NCBI GenBank assembly: GCA_951406725.2
Contig: OX597831.1
Coordinates: 53,258,001 to 53,322,000 of the forward strand
Length of the DNA: 64,000 nucleotides
From: Octopus vulgaris
Lineage: Eukaryota
Reading direction: 5' to 3'
The notes under the pieces: generated by a model
What the model saw: the letters and a program-made list of their open reading frames with translations, nothing else
What the model was told of the DNA's origin: nothing
Database searches by the model: none
Shown here: one piece after another, positions 1 to 13,211 of the stretch
Layout: every line of letters starts with the position of its first letter
How positions within the stretch are numbered: the stretch's first letter is position 1
Made by a program: the position numbers and the translations under genes

Positions 1-149
1 CATGTATGTTCTTCTCTTTCTCTTTTGAATTTTAGAGTAAATTTTGACCAGCCACCTACTTTGTAGCAAGATTGTAAAGGAAAGAGTCTTCTTTTAACCA
101 TCATCCTTTAAATCTTTAGAAGGATTAACAGATTTTTATAGTCCCAGAT

Positions 150-535
150 ATCGTGATTATTTGTAGCGTATGAATTAAGGATTTGCATTCTCTCTGCTAG
201 ATCCCAAGTTCAGCCATACTTTGCTCCAGGTGGGTTGGTATATATCCTGTTGCTTGCCATACCTAATAATAGGTATGAAACTGAAAGTGTATCTTGAGTA
301 CTGGATTTGCAAACTCCTTATCCATGGTCCATAAATGTCGTCTTTCTCGTGTAAATTTCTAACACATCTGTGTCCAGAGGGCTGCTGATTTCCATAGCAG
401 AACCTATGTTTACTTCGTGGTCCCACACAATGATATCTGGCTGGTTGTGTTTTAACTCAGTGACTTTTAATTTTTAAGTTCCACCAATATACTTTTGACC
501 TGTCAGTCTCAATATGATCAGCTTCATTTGTAGGT
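150..535 (-). mobile_element. Decayed non-LTR retrotransposon fragment, restriction-like endonuclease (RLE) domain, R4/Dong/R2-type
   Basis: Frameshifted minus-strand translation reads YWWNLKI..HNQPDIIVWDHE..AMEISSPLD..EKDDIYGPWIRSLQ..FIPII, matching the RPD..D/E..P..EK..Y RLE motif. Confidence 0.7.
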
Positions 536-1889
536 ATTTTGTTTTTTTGTTTTTTTGTTTGTATGTATGTATGTATGTAGGTATGTATGTGCGTAAATAT
601 GTATGTGTTTGTATGTGTGTGTTTGAATGTATGTGTGTATGTGTGTGTGCATATATATATGTGTGTGTGTATATAGGTATTTAGACATGTGTGTGTTTGT
701 GTATAGTAATGTATATGTGTGTGTATGTATTTATGTATATTTGTGTGTGTGTGTGTGTATGTGTGCACATAATGTATACATGTATCCATGTCTCATTTAT
801 TAAAATATTTTGTTTTTCTTTAGTTTTTTTTTTTTTGTTTACATTTCTTGACAAAACAAAAATTGAATTCCTTGTTGCACGCATTTAAGTCATCTTGGTT
901 TCTGTTTGTTGTAACAAGACTTTTTTTTTTTTTTTTGCATGTCATTCAACAACTATATAATTACAAAATTTCGTTGATTTTATAGCAAATTGATTAGAAC
1001 CTCACTCTGCTTTAGCATTGTTTCTGTTAATTTCCAACAATCTCCATTCAGTTGATTTTTGTTTTCTCAAGTAATTCCTACTGATTCCATCTTGTTGCTT
1101 GATTGTCTATGATTTTTATACGTAGTGTCTGATTTTGGATGTAATAATTCCACTGCTATGGTCAATTCCTGCTCACATTTAGAAGGTCTGCAGTTTGAGA
1201 CTAAGGCAGGGCAGCCTTTCATTTGTTTATTTATTTTTACTGGCTTGCAACAATGTAATCAGAAATATGTTAGTAATTTTTTTTTTCCCTTTTCTTTTTT
1301 AAAAGTAAGGCCACTTTGCATAAAGCTTTTGATTTCACTGTATGTAAAAAAAAAAAATATTCTTTTTGCCCTCTTCGTTGAGGGATGTGTTTATTCTGTT
1401 TGCTTTGAGAAAATTACATGAAACTGCTATAATAATCAGGTTGTCAAATAACCTTTGTCTTTTGTCTTGAGTTTCATATGAAAATGTTTGTTTTTGTCTG
1501 TAATCTCTTGAGCTGTAAAGATAAAAGTTTAACAAAATAAAACTTGAATAATGCAACTTTACCAAAAACTGTTCCACTTAGATACATCGAATAACTAAAC
1601 AGTACTTACACATTTTTTTATTGTAATTTAAAAAGAGTAATTTTTTTAACAATATAAGGCAAGTTTTAATATTAGCTAATTTGAATTTCTTTTAAAAATA
1701 TACAAGTAAATCTAGATTTAATTTTTTTCCATACAAACATATTTTTAAAAATATATGAAAAAAAGTTAAATTTTAAAAATCTTCAAACGAAATTTGAAAA
1801 ATGCTTCAGAGCACTTAAAGATAAATGTTTGTAGAGTTTGTCTTATTTGAAATACTAAATAAATTATTTGGACTGTTTTTGTATTTTAG

Positions 1890-2067
1890 TCTAAAAGAGG
1901 CAGCATGGACACAACATTTGATGTTGACTGGAATAATAAAGCCCCACCAGGAAAACAGCAAACATTTTTGGTAATTGGCCGTAACGTTGAAGAGTGGTCA
2001 GCTTCTGTTGACCACTCTGGAGGAAGTGATGGAAATGATGACAACCTCTTTGGACATTCTCATCGAG
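1890..2067 (+). CDS. SZT2: SZT2 internal exon (SKRGSMDTTFDVDW...HSHR)
   Basis: ttttag acceptor, G|gtatga donor; ends phase 1, matching the next exon. Confidence 0.8.
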
Positions 2068-2788
2068 GTATGAAAACTGCTATAGTTTGTTCGAGATTTC
2101 CTTATATATTCTTTGGAATTTTAATTGATAAATTGCTAGTTTGTTGTTTTTTTAGTCCCTTTCCATCTTTATCAAGTAGACCAAAGGCATTCTAATTGTA
2201 ACCATCATTTTCCTTTTTAATACCTATGTCCAGTGTGTCCTTTCTTTTTTAAAAGGATAAGGTGTCTTTGAGGTAGATTGGTTGCTATTTCTAAAAGGTC
2301 AAGTAACAGTGAAAAGGCTCCTCCACTGTCTCAGATTTAAGGCATAGTCACAATCTGCTAATACTGACTGAGTGTTTTCTCTTTGATTCTACTTCTTTGA
2401 TTACATTTGTAATCAGTAAAATAATTTTCAGTAAAAATTTTCACTATACCAATAGGTCAGTGCAGCCACTGATTAGCATGTTTAGATGACATGTAAAAAA
2501 AAAAACCAAACTATTAACCTTTACTATTCACTATTAACCTTCACTTAGCAATATGCTACAAACAATATCTATACCAGCAATGGTAGATCTATAACACATA
2601 TATCAGCAGTGACATACTATGGTTTTTTTAGGTGTCATACAATAAACTTTATAAGAAAAAAAATCCCCCTGCAATATCATACTATAAAAAAAGCAAGGTT
2701 ATTACCAGTTCAAAAATGCTTGGGGTGTATTTGAACCCATAAGGTCATTCACTGTGTTTTGTCTTGGAGAAAATTTCCTGCTGGAGAA

Positions 2789-3024
2789 CAGCTGTTCTCA
2801 AACATTTTTTATCTATGGATCCCCTTTGATTCCTATTTTACTCTAATGAACCCCCATAACCATTCTATGTATATTTTTAAAATCCACTATATTTCTATAA
2901 TTAAATATTATTAGGAATTGTATGTAAAAATGAAAATATTTTGTGTACTGTAGAAGCATAGGCAACTTATTGCACATAAATTTTAATGACGAAATCTCAT
3001 ATGGACCCCAGTTGAGAATCACAA
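2789..3024. mobile_element. hAT-like MITE
   Basis: Imperfect termini cagctgttctcaa / gttgagaatcac resembling CAGTGGTTCTCAA-type TIRs. Confidence 0.45.
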
Positions 3025-3065
3025 CTATAGAGGCTTACTTCTTGGGTTATTTGTTTGGTTGTGTG

Positions 3066-3109
<44 letters not shown>

Positions 3110-3156
3110 GTTATAGACTGTTCACTGACTGCAGTTTTCTTCATTCCAATACTTAA

Positions 3157-3942
3157 CCCTTTTGATATCAACCTTCCTGAGACCACCCCCAGATTTTATG
3201 ATACAAACTTCCTGTTTTAAAGTGATCTAAATTAAAATCTTCCATCAAAATTTGTTAATTTCTCTTCCAAACACCATCTTAACCCTTTAACATTCAGATT
3301 TCTTTGCCAAATGTATTGCTTATTTATTAACATTGTTTTGAATAAATCGTACATTATCCTAAAGTTTTGAGATTTCAGTGGTATGTTTGTATGTCTTTAG
3401 AATAATGTTGCAGGGTAGGTGTGAGAGGTTGGATCTTGTCAGTTTTAGCATAAAACAAGTAGAATATTTGGGCTGGATATGATCAGATTAAATTCTAAAG
3501 GGTTAATAATGACAAAGTTACTTTAGTAAATTCCTCCTCATTTTCAAAATAAACTAAAACGATGGTTGATCTCAAGACACTGAGCCTTACAAAGGAGGTG
3601 ACTGAGGAGCAAGATGTCTGGTGCCTTGCTGTACTCAAGAAGACCTGCCTGCTACAGCAAAATTGATACTGGTGCCAGAGCCAAATAAAATGTATTCATG
3701 CTAGTGTCACATTAAAAGCACTGGTGCTGGTACCGCATAGAAAGCACCTAGTACTCTTTGTGGAGTGGTTGGTGTTAGGAAGAGCATCCAGCTGTAGAAG
3801 CCATGTCAAAACACACAATGAAGCCTGATGCAACCTCTGTCATTACCAGCTCCAATCCATGCCAGCATGGAAAACAGCCGGTAGATGATGATGATGATGA
3901 TGAAAGGCAGTGTATTTCTACAAAAATATGGTAACAAAAGGG
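3157..3942. mobile_element. piggyBac-type MITE A, interrupted by MITE B and a SINE/LINE tail
   Basis: ttaa|CCCTTT...AAAGGG termini; colinear with the inverted uninterrupted relative at about 30177-30398. Confidence 0.7.
3283..3502. mobile_element. piggyBac-type MITE B (about 220 bp)
   Basis: TTAA TSDs, CCCTTTA/TAAAGGG TIRs; further copies at 16672-16882, 27116-27342, 30612-30832 and 33453-33672. Confidence 0.85.
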
Positions 3943-4244
3943 TCAATTACCTACACAATTGCTACACACTAACAATCACCATCATGCATTGGCTACAGTC
4001 TCTTATACATTGATGTATCCAAAGAAACTGGTTGCAGTTTCTTCACACCAGGTAATATATAAAAACTCTCAGTCATTCCTATTCCATTTTTATTGGCAGA
4101 GGAAACATTCTTTTCACTAAATTTTCTTTTCTCTGCTGACTGTTATTAGTAAAGAAACTGTGTTGCATAACAAAATTTATCTTGTCTTTTACAATCTTAT
4201 GATCATTCTCAAGGCAATTCCTTTTTTTTTTCTTTCTTTTACAG

Positions 4245-4396
4245 CAACACATCGAGAATTCCGGTTCCATCCATATGTTCCCGGTAGTTGCAACAGTAGC
4301 TTAGATAAAGGATCTGAGGGATCCCCTACAGAGACAAAATATAATTTGTTTGCACCCCGGCAACGATTACTCTTATTACAGATCAATGACAAAAAG
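4245..4396 (+). CDS. SZT2: SZT2 exon (ATHREFRFHPY...FAPRQRLLLLQINDKK)
   Basis: Polypyrimidine-acag acceptor, AAG|gttggt donor; PRQRLLL motif resembles SZT2. Confidence 0.88.
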
Positions 4397-5580
4397 GTTG
4401 GTAAAAGTTTCCTTCAGAAATCTGCAACAATAACAGCATAATACTCTTTCTAAATATGTCTGTGCCTGTTTGCCTGTCTGTCTGCACAGCAATAGCTATG
4501 CGAGCTGTGGATAAAAAGCTTGCTTTGCAACCACATGGTTCCAGGATCAATTCCACTACATGACATTTTGGACAAGTACCTTCTGCAATAGCCCCAGGCC
4601 AACCAATGCATTGTAAGCGAAACTGTGTGGAAGCCCAGTGTATGTATGTACCTATGTATGTATGTATGTATATGTATGTATGTATGTATGTGTGTGTGTG
4701 TATCATCATCATCTCCAACATCATTTAGCATCAGCTTTGCATGTTGGCATGAGTTAGAGGATTTGACTGGAACTGGTAAGCTGGACTGCACCAGATTCCA
4801 GTTTGATTTTGGTCTGGTTTCTACAGCTGCAAGCCATTCCTAACACTAACCATTTCAAGAGTGTAATAGGTGCCTTGTACGTGTCACTGGTACCAGCCAT
4901 AACTATGATTCCACTTGGCTTGACAAGTCTTCTCAAGCTTGCAAGTTGCCAAAGGTCATGATCACTTGTCATTGTCTCCATGAGACCCAGTATTCGAAGA
5001 TCATGCTTCACCGTCTCATCCCATGTCTTCCTGAGTCTACACCTCCTACAGTTAGAGATTAGCACTTCTTTACATATGTATGTGTGTTTGTGTGTCTTTG
5101 TGGCTATGTTTGTCTCCCACTGCTTGGCAATCAGTGTTCGTTTGTTCACGTCCCTGTAACCTAGTAGTTCAGCAGAAGAGACTGATAGATAAAGTATCAG
5201 ACTTAAAATATGAATACTGGGGTCGATCTGTTTGATTAAAGCTCTTCAAAGCACTGTTCCAGTAAGGCTGCAGTCCAATGACTGAAGCAAGCAAAAGAAA
5301 AGATAAAAAGTATATTTATATATATATATATATTATACACCTTATAGTATTGGCATTGAAGTATTGAAGCATCTTGTTTTGAAGGAAGACAATGTACAGA
5401 CAGATTGTCTGTATATTGTCCTTTATCTTTCTGTCTGTCTTCCTTTCTTTGTCGCTATCCTGGCTATCTACCTCTTATCCTTTCCACCTCTGTGTCTGTC
5501 TGTCTGTCTGTATGTATGTCTCTTCTCCTAAAAAATCAAACCAGTCTAAATCTGTTTTTATGTATTTAATATACTTCCAG

Positions 5581-5751
5581 ATGACATTTTTTACATACAA
5601 CATAGCAGCCGATATGACAGAATCTTTTAACAAGCTCCTGAAAAACATGGTCCACTGGCAGAATGCCCGAGCTCATGTATTGGATTGTTTGGTCACCCAG
5701 AAAATGGGACTGTATCACCACCAATCTTTTGGTGATTCCCCTGCCTTAAAA
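5581..5751 (+). CDS. SZT2: SZT2 exon (MTFFTYNIAAD...WQNARAHVLDCLVTQKMGLYHHQ)
   Basis: ccag acceptor, gtgagt donor, 57 codons; TYN/WQNARAH/QK.GL.HH motifs typical of SZT2. Confidence 0.92.
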
Positions 5752-7147
5752 GTGAGTATCTGAAGGATAGGAAAGTGTTATTGTTTTTTATTTTCTCGTG
5801 AAAATTGAAACTTAGTCGATTAAGTTTTTATTTTAATTTCTTTCATAATTGTTAATTAGGTTTCTTTCAGTCTAGCAGCTTACTGGGAAACTTCACAAAT
5901 GCTGGTTGGACAAAAAAAGACTCCCTGTGCACACTGTACAGTGGTTGGCATTAGGAAGGACATCCAGTCATTGAAAACATGCCAAAGCCAAAAGTTATGT
6001 TTGGTGCAGCCCTGTAGCTTGCTGGATCCTATCAGACCATTCAATCCATGCCAGCATGGAAAAATGGGCATTAGTGGTTGGCGTTAGGAAGGGCATCCAG
6101 CTGTAGAAACACTGCCAGATCCAACTGGCCTGGTGCAGCCTTCGGGCTCCCCAGACCCCAGTTGAACCGTCCAACCCATGCTAGCATGGAAAGCGGACGT
6201 TAAATGATGATGATGATGATGATGATGAATGATATCTCTGTGAATTATTTTCTTATTCATCCTTTCTCACCACTTCTTTGTCAAGTTATTCTAATCCTAT
6301 GGATATCAATCTTCGTTTGACTATATAGCACACCAGTGATCAAATAATAAAAAAAATAGTAGATCACTTAGCATGGAATATTTTAAAATTAAAGACTTAT
6401 GAAAGAAATGTAGAAAACTATTGACTGCTTTTGTTTATGGTTAAGATATTTGTCATAAGCCTCCAACATTATTATCATCATTTAACATTAATCTTCCATG
6501 TTAGCATGGGTTGGATGGTTTGACAGATGTAAGCCAGAGAGCTGCACCAAGTTCCATTGACTGCTTTGGCCTGGTTTCTACAGTTGGATACTTTTCCTCA
6601 TGCTAACCATTTTACAGTGTGTACTGGGTGCTTTTTATGTGACACCAGCACTAGCGGGGTCACCAAGTAACTTGCAAGACAAAGACCCCTTGGCTGGGAG
6701 AGGGAGTAGTACTGAGGGAGGTGACTTTGTGCCAGTTGAAAGATTAAAGTATAATAGAGGAGAAGAGATAGGTGTCTTACTATATAAGAGATACTTAGCC
6801 ACCCCATTTGAAAAAGAAAGGAAGATGGAGAGATAGAGTTAGAAATATTGAGAGACAGGCAGAGTGAGAGAGAAAAATAGATGATATTGGAGATGTATTG
6901 GGACATACGCACATGAGGAGAACATAAGTGGTATGGATTTTCTAAAGCCTTAGATTATATTTTTAAAAATCTGTGATGCACTAGTACTGTGCAGTACTGA
7001 GGTTCATAGTTTGAATACCATGGTTTTTTAATCTTTCAAATATTCAGTTGATTGTCAAAGATTGTAAATCATTTTGTTAACTGTAATACTATCATAAGAT
7101 GTTATCTTTCACTTCTGTAATTGTTGCCTTCCATTCTATACCATCAG

Positions 7148-7400
7148 CAAAATCCTTACACACAATCTAATATGGATGTTGACCTACTTTTGATGAAAAC
7201 ACACCTGCCAAAAGATGGTCTGAAGCGGAACAACAGCAGCTTGTCAGGAACTATGCCATATCCCCAGATCACACGTCCATTCGATGAAATTTACCGCAAT
7301 CTGAAACCTGCACACCCTTTGCAGAATTCTCCACGCAAATTTGATATTGTTCTACAACATGGTCAACAAGCTCAAGAAATCCGAACCAATTATGGCAGAG
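7148..7400 (+). CDS. SZT2: SZT2 exon (QNPYTQSNMDVDLL...QHGQQAQEIRTNYGR)
   Basis: cag acceptor, G|gtaaga donor, phase 0 to 1. Confidence 0.88.
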
Positions 7401-7465
7401 GTAAGAGATTTCTGGAATGTTCTTTGTTTTTTTTTTTATTTTTTAAAATTCAACTACTACACATT

Positions 7466-7870
7466 CATAGCCACCACAAGGTCCAGTTCTTGTTGCATTG
7501 TGGTAGCTTGTGTGCCTTAAAGATTCAGAGAGTTACGCCAGCAGACCATAAGCTGGACAAGTGAAAGGAGAGAGGCCAGATTAATATGGACCACCACATC
7601 CTAGTCTTAAAAATGGGTTTGTGTAGGGTCAAAACCCCTACTTAGAAAGTGGTAAAGTTATAGAAGCGTCAATGACAATTCAAAACCAACAAGACTGAGA
7701 GGAAAGCCTTCCTTCAAGGAAACAAATGGTACAGGGCAACAAATTCCAAAAGGAAACTGTAAGGAAAAGCAGGGATCCAACTGGAGAGAAACAGAAAAGA
7801 CAGCCCTAAATTAAGAAGAGTGGAGAAAAGTCATCAATGGCCTGTGTCCCATTGAGAGCAAAGGGCTTTA
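7466..7870 (+). mobile_element. RTE-LINE-derived non-autonomous element
   Basis: 3' end encodes WRKVINGLCP-like RTE C-terminus; inverted relative at about 21660-22150. Confidence 0.55.
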
Positions 7871-8364
7871 AAATAATGTATATTATAGGTGCAGGCATGG
7901 CTATGTGGTAAGAAGCTTGCTTCCCGACTACATGCTTCTGGGTTCAGTCCCACTGCATGGCACCTTGGACAAGTGTCTTCTACTATAGCCTTGGGCCAGC
8001 CGAAGCCTTGTGAGTGGATTTGGTAGACGGAAACTGAAAGAAGCCCATTGTGTGTGTGTGTGTGTGTTGTGTCTTTGTGTCTGTGCTTGTCCTCCTCCAC
8101 CACCGCTTGACAAACAGTGTTGGTGAGTTTACAGCTCCGTAACTTAGCAGTTTGACAAAATAGACTGCTAAAATAAGTACTACCCTTCCATCTCCACAGG
8201 CATTATCACAATTTTTGAATCATGGCCTGTAAAAGTAAATTACAGATATAACTCAGTGTTGATGGTGATAAAAATGAAAGAAGATAGTTTACTATTTGTA
8301 CTATGTATTTTAATTTTGTTACTAAACCTTATAAATAAATTTATTGTCTTATTTCCTTCAACAG

Positions 8365-8435
8365 ATATTGATAAAGTGTTCAAGCTGAAAGAATTACATG
8401 CTATGTGGTTTTCAAAGAACTGGGCACCAATATCA
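8365..8435 (+). CDS. SZT2: SZT2 exon (DIDKVFKLKELHAMWFSKNWAPIS)
   Basis: acag acceptor, gtaaga donor, phase 1 to 0. Confidence 0.88.
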
Positions 8436-8726
8436 GTAAGACATCCTCTTGATTTACATTTTTTACCTCTTTTAAAGTTTTCTGTAAAGGATAGAGTTCT
8501 CTTTGGTAAATTCATCTAACGAGATTTTGTAAGAACCTATTGCTATATTGTAATATTTGCCAAACTATTTTTTTTTTTTGCTACTAGCAATCTTTTAATG
8601 ACTTTCAGATGAATAAACAAACAAAAAACATACTTTAAAGTAGTTTAAAAATAGAGACTATTTGTATAGGAACAGGATTGGCTATGTGGTTAAGAAGCTT
8701 GTTTCCCAATTGTGTGGTCTTGGGTT

Positions 8727-9060
8727 GTGAAGGTGCATGGCTCAGTGGTTAGAGCGTCGAGCTTACGATCGTGAGGTTGTGAGTTTGAATTCCGGACCGG
8801 GCTGCGTGTTGTGTTCTTGAGCAAGATACTTTATTTCACATTGCTTCAGTTCACTTAGCTGTAGAAATGAATTGTGACATCACAGGTGCCAAGCTGTATC
8901 AGCCTTTGCCTTGAGTAATACTGGTGGCATGGAGAGGGGAGGCCAATATGCATGGGCAACTGCTGGTCTTCTATAAACAACCTTGCCCGGACTTGTGTCT
9001 GGGAGGGTAACTTTCTAGGTGCAATCCCATCGTCAGTCATGACTGAATGGGGTCTCAGCA
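8727..9060 (+). mobile_element. tRNA-derived SINE inserted in another SINE
   Basis: A/B-box-like head ggctcagtggttagagc...gagtttgaattcc; 11-bp TSD ggtcttgggtt at 8716-8726 and 9061-9071. Confidence 0.85.
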
Positions 9061-10063
9061 GGTCTTGGGTTCAGTTCCACTTCACAGATTTTTGGACAAG
9101 CGTCTTTTACTACGGCTTGGGCCAACTACTAAAGCTTTGTGGGTGGATTTGAAAATGAAAGAAGCTCATTGTATGTGTGTGTGCGCATGTGTTTATCCCT
9201 CCCAGACTTCATATAACGGTTTGAAAAGCATATCTAGCTAAGAGGAAATATTTGCTTGGAAACAGGTAAGAGCTGACAACAGGGGTTGTAGGGAATGTGT
9301 CTGAACACATTCCAACTGATCTATGCAAGCATGGGAAATTGGAAGTCAGAATGATGACGACGTTTATGAATTAGGGCCTGTAATGAAATTTAAACATAGC
9401 ACTGAGTGTGCCAGGAAAATGTCCTACCTATAGAGTAAGAAAGAATATTGTTAATGTTGAATGTATAGTGTGTGTCATCTTGAGAATAAATGTTGTCTAG
9501 AGGATGTCAAAATCTATAACTATCAGGGGTAGTTAAATGAGAGAAAGAAGCTAATGTGTGTTTAACTGTGTGTCTAACATGGTGAGGTTAGTTTCTTCCA
9601 TTTCAACAACAGAAACTTGTTGAGATGCGTACATCTTGTAAATATATCTTACTTCATTAGATATGGTTTGAACCAGTACTAGCTGAAACATCACCAAGTT
9701 TATATGTCCATTTTCCAAAATCTTAAACTATTCAATTTTGGCCACTTATGAAGATTTTCTCATAGTATATCGTTGTCATCATCAACATTTCATTTTAATG
9801 TCCACTTTTTGATATTTGCATTAGTCAGAAGAAGTTTATTGAGGCAGGTTTTTCTATAGCTGGATGCCCCTCCTGTCTCCAACCTTTTCCTGTTTCTAAG
9901 CAAGGTAATGTTTACCCATGGCCAGACATGTTTTGCAGTATATTGGAAATGCATGATACTGCATGTATGACAGTGACACTCATTTACAACTATGTGCGAT
10001 TTCATGACAAGGAGGCACAAATACACACACACTCTCACACTGGGATAGACAGATGGACATACA

Positions 10064-10115
<52 letters not shown>

Positions 10116-10191
10116 ATCATAATAATAATAATAATAATAATACATGAATGTTGGTAACAGTGACTTCAGAGTTTCAGCCAGTTAAGCCATC

Positions 10192-10232
10192 GTCTGATGA
10201 TGGCTTAGCTTGCTGAAACTTCAAAGTCACAG
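10192..10232 (+). ncRNA. Hammerhead ribozyme core inside a palindrome (10142-10248)
   Basis: CTGATGA-stem II-GAAA-CTTCAAAG-TC; stem I truncated by the inversion centre. Confidence 0.55.
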
Positions 10233-10738
10233 TCAACAACATTCCTGTCTAAGAATAATAAATTTCTACTCCACAAAAGTATTGAGTCACCCATCAGATT
10301 AATGTAAAATTGTTTTTATTATAACTGAACATAAAAACAAACATTCACAATATATATATATTTATATGACAGGCTTCCTTCAGTTTCCACCTACTAAATT
10401 CACTCACAAGGCCAGTCTGGTGCTATAGTAGAAGTCACCCTAGATGCATATTGTGGGACTGAAACCAGAACCATGTGGTTGGGAATCAAACTTCTTACCT
10501 CACAGCAACACCTGCACCTATTGCAGTTTATAAATTAACTGGCCATGGACTTTCCACCACACAAATCTGATTGTTATAAGGAAGTGGAAATGGCAACTCA
10601 AATAGTTACATATAAAAACAGAAATATCTCTGTCATGACTAGAAGCTTAGAACTGGCATATTTATGTAGACTATCTTGATTAATGAAATGAAACAGAGGT
10701 TTCCTTGAATTTTGACTGGAATGTGTATTATTTTACAG

Positions 10739-10906
10739 GAGGACATAGTGCATTTGCTGAAACAGTCAACACGGCTCTTGCACTATTGTGCCACACCACT
10801 GCTATTTTCTCCAGCTTGGCGTAAAGAAGTCCTCAGGAGAGTACCTTCCAAAAAACCAGAGCTAACATCAGCTTCATTTGTGCAAGAGAAAACTGAAACC
10901 AAAGCA
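10739..10906 (+). CDS. SZT2: SZT2 exon (EDIVHLLKQSTRLLHYCATPLLF...)
   Basis: tttacag acceptor, gtgagt donor; LKQS.RL.HYCAT.LLF motif of SZT2. Confidence 0.92.
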
Positions 10907-11527
10907 GTGAGTTACCTCTATGTTTTTTTTTATCTTATTACTTTTTCTTTCAAATATTTTTTTTGTCTTGAATTTTGTTTTATTTTATTATTTATCTTTG
11001 AAATCTGAAATGCTATTTGTTTGCACCCACCTCTATATATCTATTTTTCTCTCTTTCTCTCTCTCTTTATATATATATACATGTGTGTGTGTGTGCATGT
11101 TTGTGTGTAGAACAGATAAGAGAAATGATGTTTGTCTATCCTTAAAAATCCTTAAAAATGTTTTAGCCCGAAGGCCGCGACCATGCTGGGGCACCACCGC
11201 TGTATATTTTATATACGTGTTAACATTAATGTAACACCTATTATATAACTAACAAGATAATGAAACAGCTGTAAATATATGGAATAAACATCACTCACAT
11301 CACTTCACTTATATGTTTGATTTATATACATTTTCTCCACCATTGTACCTCTTGGATTTTCAGAATGATGTTGGGGGTTACTCTAATCTCTGCCATAGTT
11401 GTTGCTCACATATATATCTATTGTAAAACAGTATTAATGAAAAAGTTATTTGATACAATAGTAGTATGTTAATAATTTATTTCAACTGATCAAGTAGCCA
11501 AAATAATTATCCATGCATGTATGTATA

Positions 11528-11561
<34 letters not shown>

Positions 11562-11573
11562 CATACATGCACG

Positions 11574-11622
<49 letters not shown>

Positions 11623-11675
11623 TCCCCTCTAAACTGAAAACTAAATATCTCCTCTTTCTTTCTCTCTTTCTCTAG

Positions 11676-11693
11676 GCTACAGTCACCAAAAGT
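11676..11693 (+). CDS. SZT2: Candidate 18-nt SZT2 microexon (ATVTKS)
   Basis: Long polypyrimidine tract plus tag acceptor, consensus gtaagt donor, phase 0/0. Confidence 0.7.
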
Positions 11694-12948
11694 GTAAGTT
11701 TATTTTGATTTCCTCTAATAAACTTTTATTTAAGTTTGACTGAACTCTTAGTATACAAACAGTACTAAAATGAAGGAATAAGTAACTTTGAGCTCCTGAG
11801 TCTTGAACGCTTTCTTTTTTATGGGCTTTATTTAGTACCCCTTCAGTATGGAATAACTTATCAGCTGTTCTGAGAAGTAGACACTCATGATGGTTTTATT
11901 GCACTACCTCTATAATCATTAGAAGCTAAACAGGCATAGTGTTTAAATATATTACTTTATGGTTTACTAATTCTTTGTGAATGAATAACTTAAAAATGCA
12001 CCATTTATTGCCGAAGTAACAAGAATGAGCCAAAAACTGAAATAGGATCATCAGCTACTATAACAGCTGACAGCAAGAAAGAAATCTTGAGTTCATTTAT
12101 ATCAGCAGTCATTATGAAAATTATATCAATGAAGGAGCCTCTATGTCTTTGCTTGTCTGGTTAGAAATAGCAGCCAAATTTTTTTCATATCATACTTCAT
12201 AATCTTACAAATGGGTAACATGATCCTGACTTCCCAGCACATAGGAAGAAGAGGGGATGATTATAGCATAGATGTACTTATCAAGGCTCATTTGGGGCTA
12301 GACAATACTAACAGGAACCATGCTACATAATTTTCCATGTTATAGAAGTATTGTATTACTGACTATTTGATTATAACTTAGTATTCCATTGTGTAGAAGC
12401 CAATTTTCTGATTGGATTTCATGTTATGTCATTGAGAGAATAGGTTTTGGTTTTGTGCCATGTAATAGCAAAATTCTCAAGAACACAGCACTTCTGTCAT
12501 GCAAAAATTGCTTCTAATTATCTAACTTAAAATTGAAAAGGCAGCAAGTTGGCAGAATTGTTAGCATGTGGGACAAAATGCTTAACATCATTCCTTCTGG
12601 CTTTACGTTCTCAGTTCAAATTCTGCCAGAGTTGACCTTGAAGTCAATAAAATAACTACCAGTTGAGCACTAGGGTTGATGGAATTGACTGTGGGGTTGA
12701 TGTAATTGACTGGCCCACTCCCCCAAAATTTCAGATCTTGTGCCTACAGTTGAAAGAATTATTTAACTTATCTTTATGTAGAATCACTAGTCTTGATTAT
12801 TCCATTTGATACATGGTTACTGATTCATGTAACTTTTTCTTACTCTCTCTCTGTTAGTGTATTTCAAATTTCTTACTCTTTCTGTTGGTTTATCTCAAAT
12901 TCATTTTTATAAATTCTGTTGCTTTTTTCTTCTTTTTAAATCAAACAG

Positions 12949-13211
12949 CGTTCCCGACATAGTTCTGGAGCATCAATAGCCAGTTTGCTCTCCAAACGGC
13001 ATGAAACCAGTCAAGAGGGCAAGAAGAAAGACCGCTTCTCTCAAGACAGCATGGAGTCTCCTCAACAAAAGAACTCCTCCATTGAATCTACTCAAGAGGA
13101 AGAAGACTGGCATAAAGAGATTCGCAAGAAGTTTCTTTCTCAATATATGCAACATCTTCAGTCCCTGGGGTTTTTCCCCATCCAAACTCGGCCTGCTTCT
13201 CCAAAACGAAA
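12949..13211 (+). CDS. SZT2: SZT2 exon (RSRHSSGASIAS...FLSQYMQHLQSLGFFPIQTRPASPKR)
   Basis: aacag acceptor, AA|gtaatt donor, phase 0 to 2; FLQQY.QYLQS.GF-like motif. Confidence 0.9.

Noticed and set aside
8730-8800. tRNA gene (also at 19829-19900 and 33375-33445)
   Set aside because: These are tRNA-derived SINE heads that continue into SINE bodies and have TSDs; no clean cloverleaf
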